Origin: Eledone cirrhosa
Taxonomy: Eukaryota
Direction: 5' to 3'
Assembly (NCBI GenBank): GCA_964016885.1
Contig: OZ024740.1
Location: 27,342,001-27,406,000 of the forward strand
Length of the DNA: 64,000 nucleotides
Position 1 is the first letter of the stretch; the number at the start of each line of letters is the position of its first letter. Below are positions 60,549 to 64,000 of this stretch, one piece after another. The position numbers were made by a program, and so were the translations under genes. A model generated the notes under the pieces. It was not told the DNA's origin and did not search any database. It saw only the letters and a program-made list of their open reading frames with translations.

Positions 60549-61702
60549 TTCTTTTATATATATATATTATCCCAACTAGCATCTCTGCATTCATTCACTC
60601 TTCCACTCTTTCACGTACTGCGAACTAATTTCTTAAACCACATCTCTACATGTGCACATTTCCTCACATATTCCAGCAACAGACAACAACTTACTCTTAT
60701 CTATGACCACTACATTTAGAAAGGAGTTCGCAAGACACTGTTGTATCAAACTATTTACCTATTGTTATTGTGTTATATTTGGTTACATGGTTTCGTTACA
60801 TTCCATGATACAAATATCTAAGAGGAAAAACACGAAATTACTCACGTTTTATTATGAATTATTAACGGAAGGCAGCTGGCGAAATGCAGAAGACCTATTC
60901 CAATAACATTTCAAGCTCAATATAATTCCACATTCAGCAAGAAGAATCTTCAAATCGGTGGTATATTACGTAAGATTGGTTAAAATATCAAACTTCGTGA
61001 AACTAAATCAGACGAGTTGTGTGACTGACGTGGTACAGGACACATAATTAATAATGCAAAATAGCGAAGAGAAAAGATTAAATTATTTTATTTTTCCAAC
61101 ACAGATGTCTTCAAAGACAAACAGATTTAAATAAGAATATAATGTTAAAACGTTACTTAATATTTAGGTCCCGATATTATCCTCATTGTGTGGCATCTTG
61201 GCTAATGCCTTGTTTATGAAATCGGTTAGACAGAAACTGTTTGGAAGCGCGTCGCGTTTTTTTTACCTGTAATTTAAAAAGCCATCTTGTCTCACTCCGT
61301 GTCACGTTGAATCTCAATCAAAATTACCTTAAGAGTAAACGTACTTGTGGAATGGTCATGTACCTCTGTTGGTCCCGAATTGCTTATTCGTCCGGCAATT
61401 GCCCGCTTAAAACGCAACTAGCCATTATATTTGGTGGCCGTACCGCTAGCCACCATTTCTAGCGGAACAGTTCTGCCGAGAAATGCTCAAGTATATACAA
61501 GTTAATTTCAGGAGCAGACGATAGATTTGAGCGAACAACTGTGATACTCACACCGAAACTGACGGAGATTAATTCCATATATATATAACGAAGGAAGTGT
61601 GGTAAGGAACCAGGTGGACCTGAACCTTTTCCTATTATATATATATATATATATATGTGTGTGTGCGTGTATGTATATATATATATATATATGTCTTTTT
61701 CC

Positions 61703-61768
<66 letters not shown>

Positions 61769-61911
61769 CATATATATATATATATATGTGCATTAGTGTG
61801 TTTATGTGTGCGTGCGTACGTGTGATGTGTGCAAGTATGGATTTGAGTGTATGTATGCCTGAGTGGATGGTGGATGTACATTCTGTCAGTGAGTGTATAT
61901 GCGTGCGTATG

Positions 61912-61946
<35 letters not shown>

Positions 61947-62719
61947 ATTTTTAGACACCACAGTGTAGGGATCAATAAACGTTAAATCATGTTTTCCTAT
62001 AAAGAAGGATATTAAAATACGCACAAACCTACATATACAAACATTGCGTTAGATACGTACATTCACACATACACGAACATACACATAAACACCTACGTAT
62101 TTCGTTGTTTATTTATGCCGAAATATATGTTTAAAGTTCATGTATGTATATTACTATTCATATATACACACATATAAATATTTTCTTTCTTCCATTATAT
62201 TTGGAAATATACTGATTTATATGTACTCTTAAATTTACTCTCTATCTAAATATACATATATGTATATGTGGGTGTGTGTGAGTGTGTGTGTGTATGTGTG
62301 TGTATGTGTGTGAGTGTCTGTGTAAGTACATACAAGAAGAGCCACCCGGCGTTGCACGGGTGTGTATTAAATCGATTTGCACGCATACACTGGCTGTCTC
62401 TGTACTACTTGACAACATATATATATATTCTAATTTGAAAATATTGATGTTCTTTCATTCTTTAATTCTTTTACCTGTTTCAATCATTTGACTAAGGCCA
62501 TGATGGGGCAATGCCTTTTATATATTTAGTAGACCATATATAAGCGGTATTTTACTTAAATGTTTTATTACATACTTCTATGTTAAGATGACATAGGATG
62601 TAATAGCTGAAATAATATATATTTTAATGACAATTTCTGAGTCTAAAGAAGTGTACGTAGTTTGCGTTGTTGTTTAGACATAAGTCTAAAACATTGTCTA
62701 AAATATGTCTAGAACTCGG

Positions 62720-62960
62720 AAGCTCATCCGACCGGGGTTTATCCTGGTTTCTGTGGCTTTAATTGACTGAAAGTACAAGACTCTCCACTGGACACCACGC
62801 CAGTCCTTCGCAGAATGAAACCCCCAGTTATTGCTGGTACTCGTTTTCAGCCATATATTTTAGAGCAATGTGAAATGAAGAGAACACACAACCCGGTATA
62901 CGTATCGAATTCACGTCATTATGAGATAAGGCCTACGCCCTTACCACAAGGGCACGCCCC
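62720..62960 (-). mobile_element. Degenerate SINE of the second family
   Basis: tRNA-like head on the minus strand (GTGGTAAGG...GAATTCGATAC) and a SINE-like tail. Confidence 0.5.
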
Positions 62961-63529
62961 TTCGTTTAACCATATGTCAGGCCTGATTAAACAAAACAGA
63001 GATCAAAGTGCTGATCTATGGCTAAGCAACAACAATAACAAAAACACTCGCCTGTATAATTAGATTCAAATATTCAGGCCCAACTTCTAACTGATCATTC
63101 GACCTACAACCTGTAGCAGCTAAATCTCCCTATAAGTCGCACCTTGTCTGTAAAAGCAACAAAACAAAACAAACACACACACATACACACACATACACAC
63201 ATACACACATACACACAGACAGAGACACACAGAGAAAAACATACATACACACACACATACACATCTCAGACACACACACACAGAGACACACAAACACAAA
63301 CATTCACACACACATATACACACAGACGCACAAACACACACAGACAGACACACACATTCATATGAATGCATAAACATAGACAACTATTTAATTACACTAA
63401 TCTATACTCAAACATTCAATATATGCTACGAATAAACGCAAACATGATTGGCTGGTTTATAAGTTCTCTTCAGAATTATTAGATCTTCGACTCGACCCTG
63501 ATATCTGAAATCCTGGGTATGTGTCTTTA

Positions 63530-63603
63530 CTATAGTATAGTATAGTACAGTATAGTATAGTATAGTATGGTATAGTATAGTATAATGTAGTATAGTATAG
63601 TAC
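63530..63603. repeat. (TATAG)n pentanucleotide repeat
   Basis: Tandem TATAG units. Confidence 0.93.
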
Positions 63604-64000
63604 TATTGACCCAAGGATTGTGAGCGTAATGGGATAGACGGAAATTATATGGAAGCCCGTTGAATTGACTCCGCCAGCAACTGAAAGCTCCAAACTTGTG
63701 ACATGATTGTGTTTTAGAGTTAAGGGTGCCCCTGTCTCGTATATAATAGTATAGTTATCTTTAACACTGTTTTGCTGCTCCCATTGGTTTCCAAACAGGC
63801 GTGAAAGTTAGATTGTGTAATATCCCAAACCATGCCGAATACATCACATGTTATATGTATACGGATATATATATATATACAGAAAATGTGTACAGGAAAA
63901 CATACTCACCATATATATATACGAAAATAATATACATAAACACACATGTTTATGTATATGTGTATAAATACATACACATACTGTTACTTACATTCCGATG

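Overview
Eukaryotic, AT-rich, repeat-saturated DNA with no recognisable host protein-coding gene. The tRNA-derived SINE family and extreme (AT)n/(GT)n density suggest an octopus-like cephalopod; this is inference. Nearly all ORFs in the track are microsatellite artefacts. Real coding remnants are a Dong/R4-type LINE joined to a Tx1/L1-type LINE, a CR1-group LINE 3' end, an RTE-like remnant, a mariner fragment, and about seven decayed Penelope-like elements (PLEs; RT plus GIY-YIG). Non-coding elements include SINEs, non-autonomous Helitron-like elements and a Tc1/pogo-type MITE. The main unexplained signal is about 25 type I hammerhead ribozyme (HHR) motifs read by eye on both strands, from roughly a dozen sequence families, most with a very short, palindromic stem III. 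They occur in three settings: a 521-bp non-coding tandem unit resembling a retrozyme (49.7-50.6 kb); ORF-less fold-back elements with one HHR per arm (e.g. 57643-58082, 48471-48874); and PLE 3' ends. Some have very long stem II insertions or a recurrent U4-to-C core change. All coordinates and pairings were derived by hand and no activity has been tested.
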